Assembly: GCA_976551045.1 (NCBI GenBank)
Contig: CDPCPM010000011.1
Coordinates: 15,190,001-15,254,000 of the forward strand
Direction: 5' to 3'
Length of the DNA stretch: 64,000 nt
From: Glaucostegus cemiculus
Lineage: Eukaryota
Below, piece after piece: positions 51,541-62,696 of the stretch (within the stretch, counting starts at the first letter, position 1; every line of letters begins with the position of its first letter). The notes under the pieces are model-generated. The model saw only the letters and a program-made list of their open reading frames with translations, had not been told where the DNA came from and did no database searches. A program made the translations under genes and the position numbers.

Positions 51541-52675
51541 GAGGAGGCATACAGAAGTGAGATAAACCAGCTGGTTGAGTCGTGTCACAACAACAACCTC
51601 GCCCTCAACATCAGCAAGACCAGAGAATTGATTATGGACTTCAGGAAGGGGAAATTGGGAGAACATGCACCAGTCCTGAGTGATCTGGCAGTGGTGGAAA
51701 AGGTGAGAAGCTTCAAGTTCCTAGGTGTCAGCATCTTGGAGGGTTTATGCTGGGCCCAACTGTCATGATTATGAGTACTGGCCCTTGATTTGGTTCCTTG
51801 GATGCCTCGTTGTACAGCACATGGATTCCATGCTGGACTGATTGCACAATGACACACACCTGAGCCCCATCAGGGGCCTAGCATAAGTACCTGGGTTTCT
51901 CTAGCACTAGTTGCCAGAGGATTGGTCAACCTTCGGGTATACTTTGGCTCCTTGCTGCTTAGAGTGGTCTACTCTAGAGCAGTCCTGTGTTCTCTAGTCC
52001 TGCTTGAAGATTCAGTTTGTGTTGGGATAACTACTCAGATCTCTGAGGCAAGATTCCTTCCAGTTGCTGCCTGTGTTTGGCCCTGAGGAAGGATCCTAAC
52101 TCCAGTCTTGTACCAGTGTGCCGCATTTGTGTTCTCTGTGAGCTTGCTCTTCAATCAACAATGTGACACCAACACATTGATGCAATCACAAAGGTGGCAC
52201 ACCAGCAGCTCTACTTTTAGGAGCTTGTCACCAAAGACTCTTACAAATGCACAGTGGAGAGCATTCTGACTGGTTGCATCACAGCCTGGTATGAAGGCTC
52301 CATCGCACAGGATCGCGAGAGGCTGCAGGAGCTTGTAGACTTAGCCATTTCCATCACGGTCACAACCCTTGCCATCATCAAGAGGCAGTGCCTCAAGAAA
52401 GTGACATCCATCACTATAGACCTTGAACATCTGTGACATGCCCTCTTCTCGTTACTACCCATTGGAGAGGAGCTACAGAAGCCTAAACATCCACAATCAA
52501 TGATTCAGAAAGAGCTTCTTCCCCTTCGCCATCAGATTTCTGAATAGTCCATGAATACTACCTCATTATTCCTTTCTCTGGCACTGTTTATTTATTTTTG
52601 TAATTTATAGTGCTGCTGCAAAACAACAGATTTCTCATCATATAAATCAGTGATAATAAATCTGATTCTGATTCT
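51541..52675 (+). mobile_element. Rex1/Babar-like LINE (RT C-terminal half and 3' UTR) split by a solo LTR
   Basis: EEAYRSEINQLVESCHNNNLALNISKTRELIMDFRK...FKFLGV...WAQ|HIDAITK...ESILTGCITAWY; tail aataaatctgattctgattct. Confidence 0.85.
51761..52168 (+). mobile_element. Solo LTR, 408 bp (Gypsy-like inferred)
   Basis: TGTCA...TGACA termini; TSD CCAAC at 51756-51760 and 52169-52173; TATA-like cataagta near 51882 and decayed poly(A) signal caatcaac near 52152. Confidence 0.85.
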
Positions 52676-53091
52676 AAAAACTCATGAGAGACTTAAATAA
52701 GGAGGATCTATTTGTTTTGGCAGAGCAGTCAAAGATCAGGGATCTAAAAACCAGGAGGCACAGTTTTAAAGTAAGTGGTAGAATCAGAGAGAAGGTAAGA
52801 GTTTTTTTCTTCTCTTGAACAGAGTAAGGGTCTGGAATTTACTGCTTGTTGGAGCAGTGCCGACAGAAACCCACATCACATCTCAAAATAATGCCTGAAT
52901 TAGCACTTAAGAAGCCGTGACCTGCAGGACTATGGACTGTGTTGGAAATGGGATTAGACTGGGTGGCATTTCTTCAACTGGAACCAAAATGATGGGCTAA
53001 ATGATCTCTTACAGTGTGTAAATTTTCTATGCTTTTATACCTAAGCTATCATATTGACTGTTATGTTACAAATGTTCTCAGTGTTTCCTCC

Positions 53092-53345
53092 TAATTCACT
53101 CGTTACGTGGGCATCACCGGTAGGACTGGCATTTACTGTCTATCCTTAGCTACCTTTAATGACTGCAGTCCAAGTAGTGAACATGCCCCCACAATACTGC
53201 CAGGTTAGGAATTTTGACCAAGGAACCATGAAGGAAGCACAATTTACATCCAAGGTGAGATGGCATGTGACCTAAAGAGGAATTGAGAAGGTTGTTCCCA
53301 TGCACCTCCTGTCCTCAATCTGCATGTAATGGAGGTACTGGTTTG
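53092..53345 (-). mobile_element. CR1-clade LINE 3' end (tail family of 16515-17520)
   Basis: gtgggcatcaccggtaggactggcatttactgtctatcc is the antisense of the tail at about 17450-17495. Confidence 0.6.
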
Positions 53346-54134
53346 GAAAGTATTGACTTTAATACAATTTTTTTTTTCTATCCAAGCACCTCAAAACTTC
53401 TCAGTAACTTCAAGGTCTTAAAAACCAAAGTTGGTATCAGTCATTGATCTACTTCTTTTTGATCGTTTCAATCTCAGTAGTGTCTACACTGTGGATCTTA
53501 GTTTTGACACTTCAGGGAAGATGGGAGAGATGCAATCACAGTGATTACAGTCTGTTAAGAGCCAACATCACCTTGACTTGTAGATAAGAATGGGCGATTG
53601 ATTACCGCACTCAGCAAGCTTCATGCGCCAATCAATTTGTGCCCATCCTTTAAATTATAGAAGATGACTATAGCTTTATAGATCTCTGTCAGAAAGTGAT
53701 TTACATATTGTAAATCAGGGAATAGCAACTCTGTCCTGATGATTACTGTGGTCATCTAGTGTGGCATCTAAACAAATTGAAAAACAGGATTGATTAATCA
53801 GCAGATAAAGAGTGATATGCTTTATTGATTGTTTTGAACTTTCAATATAAAAGTTATTTACAACTCTTCAGCTCTCTTTGTGCCAGATGTCTCTACTTGC
53901 CCAAGATGGTTTTATAGCCTAGACACTCGTAATTCAGTTCCTCGAAGATCAAATATGTCAAAAAGTTATTCTGTCAAGTAGAAGATGCATAACCGATAAT
54001 GGAGGTGAAAAGTTTTTGTGCTGGCATCACATATTGCAACTGAGCTCGGCACTTCCTTCTGCTTAATACCAACCCCTGATTGTAAAGACTGGTTAAGATT
54101 TACAACAAGGTGGCCTTGCGATCTGATGTAAAAG

Positions 54135-54262
54135 TTAGAAAGTGCTGGGCAAGCAGCACCTCTTCACAGATTCTCTTTCCACAAGTACCATGTGACCTGC
54201 TGAAAATCTCCAGCAATTTCTGTTCTTATTTCGGATTTCCACTATCTACAGTACTTTTTTCC
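54135..54262. mobile_element. Old Penelope-derived repeat, possibly an inverted pair with deleted centre
   Basis: agaaagtgctgggcaagcagcacctc followed by ctctttccacaagtaccatgtgacctgctgaaaatctccagcaatttctgtt. Confidence 0.45.
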
Positions 54263-54332
54263 CTCTATTACCCTCCTCATGTCTTCACTGAACCTATTTT
54301 GTATATAACAAGCAAAATGAACTTTTTTGTAC

Positions 54333-54435
54333 CTGTAAGCGAGGGTTGATGGTGAAACTGCCAGATGTGGGATTCATGCAGGACACATATTGCACATTAT
54401 GAATCTCTTTGAGTGTGAGCTTAGTTCGGTCATAC
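54333..54435 (-). CDS. DNAH9: Dynein heavy chain exon C (103 nt), AAA3; not in the ORF track
   Basis: tttaccag|GTATGAC...TTACAG|gtacaa; [34 protein letters not shown]; phase 2 to 0. Confidence 0.95.
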
Positions 54436-54664
54436 CTGGTAAAAGAATAAAATTTGTGGTAACAAATAGATTGAATAAGTAATTGAATAAGTGAACAAAG
54501 TAATGCAGAAAGACAGGAAGAGTTTGCAAATATAGAACAACCTCAGATTTATCACAACTGAATTTTAAGTCAACTGCTAAATGCTTTCAGAGGAGAGCAA
54601 TATCTGTGATGGGAAATAAAATTACATCTCTCTCTCTTCCAGTGTTAGTACCGGTCACATTTGC

Positions 54665-54897
54665 ATAAAATAATATGCTGGAAATAACAACACATCAACA
54701 AATGTTGCCTGACATCTGTACAGAGAGTAAAAGAGTTTATGTTCTAGTTTGATGACCTTTCATTGGTAATTTAACAAAAAGTAATTTACCTGAAGTGTTA
54801 ATTCCATTTTTGTTTTCACAAATGCAGCCTGACCTACTGAGGATTTTCAGCATTTTTGTTTATATTTAAGAGTTCCACCATCTGCAGCATTTGACTT
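54665..54897. mobile_element. Inverted pair of old Penelope-derived repeats
   Basis: Left arm atgctggaaata...gacatctgtacagagagtaaaagagtttatgttctagtttgatgacctttcat (antisense); right arm acctgaagtgttaattcc...cacaaatgcagcctgacctactgaggattttcagcat...atctgcag (sense). Confidence 0.6.
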
Positions 54898-56424
54898 ATC
54901 GTCTTGTTAGGGTTGACCTAATAAAGCTTGACTTGTAGGTATGTGATCTAACACTGACTGTGTACTTTCATGTCGTTCCATGTGCTCATGGTAGTTCTTT
55001 GTTTGCTTATAAGACTGAGATCACTGAGAAGTGACTTTGTTCTAATATCTATAATATATAATATGCTGTGATAAATTTCAAATAGAACAGCACAGTATTC
55101 TTTTTAAGGCATACGAATTGATCTTTTGAAACCTTATCACAATCTTTTGAACACATCACATCCTCAAGTCTAAACTGCTTTGCAAATAGTTAATTATATT
55201 TTTGTGGTGTGGTAACAAATATTGGGCTGGCAAAAACGCCAGAAGGAGAGCAAATAGATTAATTTGTATTGAGGTGATATTGGTTCAAGAAGGAATGCTT
55301 TATTGGAGAGCAGGATTTAAAATAGTGAATGAGGAGAAACCTGATCACTTCATATATTCATAATATGGGGAAGAGAGTACTCCCTCCCTTAACTATATTA
55401 AAGTGAAATGACCCCCATCTATTTATATTCAATGTTGTGAAATAAAACCTTGACTCCATGTCCAACACCATGTATATTTGGGAAAATTGTCATGAGAAAC
55501 CAATGTTCAATAGGTTAATATCCTATCTACTTCAATTTTCCCCATCTAATCTCTTGAAGCCAATTTAAAATATGCATCATTATTGGATATATCTCAGTGA
55601 GGTTATAAGGCTGGAAGAAATGTTGTGCCATTTATAAGCCTGACAGATTCCAATGATATTTGAAGTACTGGATTTCTCAATCAATTTCCTTATTACAATT
55701 CATAAGAAAGTTCGAGGTATAATCCAGCTAAATCTAACTCTAAAATATTAATTATAAATCTTCAAGTGAATATTATATAAAATGTAGGCATTATTTTGTA
55801 TTCAACTTCTGCTCAACATTCAGTTTTAAAATGAAGTCTATGAAACCTGTCCATACTGATCTGGACCGAACACAGAGGGAAGATCAAACTGATGATCCAT
55901 AACCAGAAGCATCTGGCAAGATGCAGCAAGACCCTAGGCAGTATAGTGCTGAGGCCTGGCTACCAAAATATCCTGACATCATTTGAAAGGAGGCAAAGCT
56001 GGGAGTGGAGCCGCAGCTCCTGTCAAAACCTCTGAGGCTATTTTACAACTTTTAATATTTCTAATAATTATTTGAAAACAATTTTGTTTATTATAAATAA
56101 TTCAAAAACACAATAAGTGTAACAGTTACAAAAATTAAAAATCATTAAAACAGTAAGAAATCTTTTAAAATATTAAAGTAAAATAATATACCAAACATTT
56201 TCCCTCTTGATCACCAGGATGGGAATGCCAATTCAAATGAGTAGATGCTGAAGTCTTGCATCAAGTCTGGCAAATGTTGGGTTGGGAAATGGATTCCCCA
56301 GCATGGGTCAGGGAACATTGCTATAACCAGGCACCACTGCTGGACTCCATGTGATGGAATGCAGTGACACATTTGCCAGCAGTTCCCAGACAGCACAATT
56401 TTTTATTTCCATATCTCCTCACAA

Positions 56425-56760
56425 TGTGGAAGGAAGTTATTGCGGCCTATCGTGACTCTGTCAGTTTGCACAATAATCTCATTTCTCTCACTAACTTTCT
56501 CTGCAAGCTATTCTCCTCACATTCCCATCAACTCTCTCCAGATTGTATCAGTCACCTATACATTAGGGGGAATTTACCATGGCCAATTAACCTAACAACC
56601 TGCACGTTTTGGGGATGAGGGAAGAAATGAGAATACCCAGAGGAAACCCATCCAGTCAAAGGGAGGAGGAACAAACTCCAAACAGACAGCACCAAAGGTC
56701 AGGATTAAGCGTGAGGTATAAGAGCTGTGATGCAGCAACACTACTGGCTGTGCCACTGCA
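56425..56760 (-). mobile_element. HE1-like V-SINE
   Basis: aggggaatttaccatggccaattaaccta...gaggaaaccca...caaactccaaacagacagcaccaaaggtcaggatt...ctgtgccactg. Confidence 0.7.
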
Positions 56761-56784
56761 TTACTGTTCAGCTGATCATTTGAA

Positions 56785-56895
56785 GTTTGGTATCCTGTTC
56801 GAGTGACAGCATCCTTAAAAATTCCTCAATATTGTACTCAGATGTTAATCTCGATTATGTGCTCAAATTATGAAATCAGACTTGAACCCAAAAGT
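56785..56895 (-). mobile_element. Deu-SINE-like relic
   Basis: cctcaatattgtactcagatgttaatctcgattatgtgctcaaatt...gacttgaaccca (antisense B-box TGGGTTCAAGTC). Confidence 0.5.
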
Positions 56896-57285
56896 AGCAA
56901 TTCTGTCAGATACGAAGAGGGGCTTTCAGACAATATGTTACACATATGACTTGAAGCAATACAATGAATGCAAAGGGACTTCAATAGAAACTAAAGTAAA
57001 ATGCTGTAGTTAGCAACTGCTGGTAACATTCACCTTGAATAGCACAAAAGACTGGGATGTAGCTTTCTCTTGGATGGAGAATGAACTCAGATAATAGTGA
57101 GGCAAACTGGCCACCTATATTTCATTTGATTTAACGTTCAACAAAGTTTAATATCTCTGCAATTCAGAATCACACATTTTGTACCATCCCAAGACAAATC
57201 CATGTTCCAATTTTTCATTCATCCAATATTTTAATTCTCATGATCTACAAAGACACAATGGGCTAAGTATCTGAATGCCACCTAC

Positions 57286-57451
57286 CAGTGACTGTAGTCC
57301 AAATGTTGCCTAATAAGTGTATGTGGCTGAACAGTGCCATAAGTGTCAACTTCAGGCATGTTCATGTCATCAATAAAGTAGATCAATCTCTTGGAGCCAG
57401 GTGGCCCGTAGTTCCTGCCAGCCTTCTTCTCAAGGGGCTTTTCCAGTATGG
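57286..57451 (-). CDS. DNAH9: Dynein heavy chain exon B (166 nt), AAA3 Walker B
   Basis: ttttgcag|CCATAC...CACTG|gtagg; [56 protein letters not shown]; phase 1 to 2. Confidence 0.96.
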
Positions 57452-57566
57452 CTGCAAAATATGAACAGTAACTATCACTATAGAAAGCTTGAGATTTGAA
57501 CTCAAGAGAACAACAGTGCAACCATACAGATGTGTTATTAATCTGTCGCTCTGCACTTATGGTGTT

Positions 57567-57800
57567 AGGTCAAGTTCAAGTTTATTATTGCCACAGGCAT
57601 GCATACACAGGGTATAAATGCCATGAAAATTAGCTTTTTGCATCAGCAGCACATACATTATAGGAACAGAACAAACATAAGTTAACATAAACTTATAATA
57701 ACACAAGTTACACATAAGTTATATACAGTATGTGCAAAATAAATGATAACAACGCTAATGCAAGATTGAGAGAGAGAAAAGGGAAAAAAGATATACAGCC
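57567..57800 (-). mobile_element. Rex1/Babar-like 3' UTR
   Basis: caagttcaagtttattattgcc tail, atgccatgaaaattagctttttgcatcagcagcac similar to the 26338 copy. Confidence 0.55.
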
Positions 57801-60800
57801 CAAGTGGGTTCTTCAGCGACCTTCCCGGTAAGATGAAGAACCCATGCCTGTGAATGGGGGTGTGGACCATCTGACTCATAGTCTCACATAATTTGCTTCA
57901 GTTTCTGTTTAATTTAGTGATTTCCATTCAATTGTCTTTTTGCCCTTTAACATGAATAAAGAAAACCACACCTACGAACTGGTATTTTCAGTCACTTGTT
58001 CCATTTCCGCACAGCTTCAATTAGAATTTCAGACCACTGATATTTAGTATTGTATAATTTCAATCCTGGTGCTCCTTATTTGGCTCCCAAGAAATGAAAA
58101 TCAAGCTCTGAAATCTTGCTTGAAAAGTAAATGGCATGATGTGCCAATTAATGGTTAGAATTTCCCAGCAGAATCGGGTACTGTTTATAGCCGTGCCTTT
58201 GAGGGTAATGAAGAGCTAAGTCCAGTCCCCATGAAGCAGGAAGGAGAAATAAATAATCCATTCTGTTTTTCTCTACTGCTCTATTTGCTGTGTGCAGTGA
58301 GTTCAGAAACAAGTTCCATTTGACAGCATGTTCCTTGTCACTGCGCAAGACACCTGAGTGATTTTCCTGCCAAAATGTTCTATTCTATTATCAAGTATGT
58401 TATGTGAATTGTGGCAGCCATCAAAAATGTTCTTTCCCTTCCTTTAGTTGCCTGCTTGTGTTGATGCTGGTTGATCTTCGAAATCTCACATTAGTCATTT
58501 ATTCACAGACAGGCTTGGACGACTTGTCAGCAGCTGCTAAACCTTAATAGGCATCAGAATGTGTTCTGATCCTATCATCATCCAAGGATCAGCAAGGGCC
58601 ACTGGACTGTGAGCATGAACTGCATCTGATTTTACCTTGCACTGTGGATGAAAAGCTAGACGGGTAGCAGAGGTAAATGGAGAGCAATTCTACTGTCACA
58701 GCCTTGCTAACTTGTGAACTCTTTAAAAATCTGCCTTTGAAAACATAATATTCACATGCCAACATTTTGCTGTGAGTTCAGAAGGTCCTATCAATTTACA
58801 GCATAAGTAGTGGGCAAATAATATCCTGAATAGAAGAAATATGACAAAACAACAACAGATGGTATAACATGAGATTTCCATAACTCCGAAAAATTATTCT
58901 GAAATGAAAAATTCCCAACCAGACACTTATGGTGTTATTACACCCAACAGAGGAGGAAGTACTGTAAAATGATGTGTTTTTGGAGTGAAGTACTTGCTGT
59001 GATTTTCGTTATGTCTCATTGCTTTGAGTGAAGACAACTTAATAAACACCAATAGCTGGCATTTTCAAATTTCTCCTTTGTTCTTCAACATCTTCTCAAT
59101 TCACGTTTGCTATTGGTTGAATCATCATTTCTGTGCATTCTTCATCCAGTTCAGCTCTGGGTGATCTTCCCTTCCTCTGTGCAGTTCCGAGCCTGCTTCT
59201 ATGTTTCATCCTTTTGATGGGCTCTCTACTTGTGCTTTCAACTCTATTTTACTGTTTGTTCTTCTCTGATTTATTTTGTTACAGCGAAATAAAATTCAAG
59301 GACAATGAAAAGATTCAAAATTTGGAACGATTATGTGTCAAGGAAACCGCAGGGAATAGGTGCAAAATTATAAAATGGTCCGGGGCTAGAAAAACAGCTA
59401 AGGTTGAACTCAGGGGATGGATGTCCAACTGACAAACATCACTACAATCTTCTGTCTCTGCTTGATCCCATTATCACTGGCAATTAAATCAATGTTACAT
59501 TGTTGTTGTGACTCAGATGTCTCAACATATAAACAAAAAATAGCATGAGTGATCAGCTGGATTTTCCTCCCCTCTCCATTTGCAGGCTCAACAAGGAATC
59601 CCTCTCCTTTCTGCACTGCCAAGTGATGTTTCCTTCCATAGCAGTCCCTTTGCAAGGGTATGCATTGAGTTAGTCGGCACTGAGGAAGCTGTACTGATAA
59701 AAGCCAGATAAGGAAGAACAAAGATGACTACAATTTAAACCAAATTGCTGCTGTATGCAGGTGTACAATTTGCAAATATGGCCACACACTGTGTGTAGGA
59801 AGGGGAAAATAATTCAAAATGGTGAACTCCTATGACAATCACTGTAGTATGGAACTGATTATTTTTGGAAACCAAAAAAACAATTGTCTGCATTGTGGGA
59901 TAACCACTAACTTTTATCCTACCTTACACTGGACAGGTAAACAAATACTTTGTTGTTATTATACTGAAAGTACATTCCCTGCATTAAGAGTCTCCAGGCA
60001 TGTTCTGCACGTTTGACTTATTTTAAATGGTTGTTCAAACTGCCTTTTAGCCACTTTAAAAATTGAAAGAACTCCTACAAAAATGCCAAGTGGCTGAGTC
60101 ACCACTTAATGAGATTCACTGATAAGAAAGTAACTGCAAAGAGCATTTTTGAGCCACTTGGATGCTGAATAAATTATTTCCCAAAAGCACAAATGAATTA
60201 CTTTAATAAAGAGCAGAGTATTTCAGATGCACTTCAGGGAATGGAAATGAATGAATTTAGACCGCAGTAAAACTGGGCAAGTTCACTTCATAAGTAGGTG
60301 TTCCTTTGACACGTAAAAGATTTCACCCAAGAGAGCAGCTGAAGATCAGTTTTCTTCGATATGCAACTTTTATCTACTCAAACTTGCTTAATCCTTTTTC
60401 CTCAGTGTGAAGTACATAAGAACAAAAAAAATCAGTGAACTCATTTTTTTTTGTGCAGCCAGGTGATGTTCCCTTCCAAAGCAATCCCACTGCAAGAGCA
60501 TGCATTCAGTTAACTGGCACTGGGAATTGCTGGGAAGCACCTGTCTCCTATAGATTATTCTGAAATCTCACACCTTATTTAAGGCCACCATCAATATAAA
60601 GCCAGAAGCATGAGAGGAAAAGATGGTGCCTAGATTATTTACTTCACCCTGCTTCATTATTTCCAGAAACATATACTGCTCAGCCAAAGGTATCCCAGGT
60701 AAAATTACAGCTACAATGCCTATAAATAGATAATTGAAAAATTGTGGCTGACAGTCACACTGTTATGAAGTTGCACTATTGGACTCAGAAACATTAAAGT

Positions 60801-62488
60801 CATTAATCAGAAGGTTAATCTGAGCAATAAACGGTAAGATTGTCTCATCCTTGAAAGAATACTTGAGTGTGTCCTGTTTACCGACCATCTTAGACTTGCC
60901 TCGAAACCCTTCAATTAACTAATAAATGTTTTGACAACAAGCATATTTGAGCTGGTGCATTGTCAGTACAGACCTATTATTACTGTCAACAGGTAGGATA
61001 CAGCAAAAAGGTGTAATAAAGTCCAGACCATCCCTCTTCCAAAATTAGAAAGGTGTTGCAGAAATGTTTTGACCACATTTTGTTTGCTCCGTGATTATCA
61101 ATTATTATGATCACATCTCAAATCAAACAAGTGATCACCCTGATATTAAATGGAAATCAGGAGAATAGGCACCCAAGAAATACATATCAAAGAAATTCCA
61201 GCCCACCACAAGAAGCAATACACTTCATCATATCATTCCTTTCAGCTTTTCCTCTCCTTCAGTGGAGAAGCATCATTTAGCTTTTGTTAAGGGAAAGGTC
61301 ACAAACTACCCAGAATCTGTAGCATTGCAAATTAAAGCTTCAGTGCCCAATAGCAGCACAAATAACAGCACAGTTTAGGAATTATTTATCCTGAGTCATT
61401 CATAAATTTTGCATTTTATTGATCATAATACTACCTACTAATGTTACATGGAATTTATAGCACAGAAGCAGACTATTTGGCTTCACTGATTTGTACTGGT
61501 GTTAATACACCATATGATTCTCATCCCACATTATTTTATCCACTTCTATCCTCATTTCACCATCTGTTGTTATCTACATTCTTATTAAATGCATTAGAAA
61601 TATCAAAATACAGTCCCGGAGACAGGCCTGCCTCTCACATTTTACTCACAACAGTCAGATCTCTAATTGAGCAGTAACATGAAATGCAGTGCATTATGCA
61701 CAAGGCATGAGTGGTCTAGCCAAGATATACTGTCAAGATATAGGGAACTGTCAATTGTGATATGCCTGTTATTCTGTGATGATGCTCCAAGGTCATCATG
61801 TTTTGGTATGGCTTTCAGTGGTGTGCTAATCAAGAGGATTGTACAAACGTGACTTGTGCTTTAATTATGATGTCTTGCTGCAGTTCTTGCAGAATTTGAA
61901 GAATGCCCTCAGCATACATCTCAAGCAACAACACAGAGCAAAAGCACCCATGAACATTTGTACTTAGAAATTTATTTTACTTAGAATGCCAGTGCCTAGT
62001 GAAGAAACAGAACAAGCTGCGAAACACAAGCTGGTGTGTAAAGATTTCACTTTGTAAGGAGATTATATAAAGGAATTTCATTATGCAGTGATGTTATGTA
62101 CGAACCTTCAGCCTTGAAATTCCAATTACCTTAAATTTAACACAATAATAACTACTACAGACATCAGTGCAGATCATCTTACCCCCCTCCCCACCCCCGG
62201 TCTGGAATTTTGCACGTATTATTGCGTAAATATTTATCATTGTAAATTGTTCTGATTCAGATATTGCAAAGTTTTTGATCTGAGTATTAGGTATTGAGTT
62301 AAAATTTCTAGTCTCTCTCCAATCACCCAATGCCATTTCATGTCATTAATTTTTCTCAAAAGCCAATTAAATGACATTGGCAGTGCCGAGGTAAATTTAC
62401 TCATCTAGTAGAAAATTATCTGAGTTATATGTATGAACTACACATCCTTTCAATGACCCCACCCCCTGACTAGAAGCAAACATCTCAC

Positions 62489-62696
62489 CTTGTAGCATGG
62501 CAGATGTAGTGTAGTAGTTAAATGGCACATTCTTCACCATATGCTCATCAGGATCCAGAGATCCAAGTTTCTCGCCCACCAGCACAGATTTACCTGTCCC
62601 AGCATTCCCAACAAGCATGACAGGTCTGCGTCTATCCAGCAACCTGTCCATGAAGTAACGGATGCGAATAGTTTCTATGGTATGCACCAGGCAAGC
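62489..62696 (-). CDS. DNAH9: Dynein heavy chain exon A (208 nt), AAA3 Walker A
   Basis: tttttcag|GCTTGC...CTACAAG|gtgag; [69 protein letters not shown]; phase 0 to 1. Confidence 0.96.

Larger units (their letters stand above)
50745..53035 (+). mobile_element. CR1 LINE host in three pieces (50745-50799, 51141-51540, 52676-53035)
   Basis: ttaatccagagaa|gtgtgaggt (NPEKCEV) rejoins across the SINE; ttaattgcgttgtac|aaaaactcatgag rejoins across the Rex insert; tail gatgggctaaatgatctctt...ttctatg. Confidence 0.75.
5229..62696 (-). other. DNAH9: Partial gene body (11 internal exons, 10 complete introns) of axonemal outer-arm dynein beta-type heavy chain, AAA3-AAA4-stalk start
   Basis: Exons of 208,166,103,240,162,197,163,124,143,162,234 nt splice in frame to 634 codons with GT-AG introns. 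Residues such as [34 protein letters not shown] and QHLDY fit DNAH9 better than the paralogues DNAH17/DNAH11 as I recall them. Confidence 0.88.

Noticed and set aside
5229-62696. Non-canonical (GC-AG or U12) introns or frameshifts in the dynein gene
   Set aside because: All ten complete introns are GT-AG with U2-type donors and matching phases.
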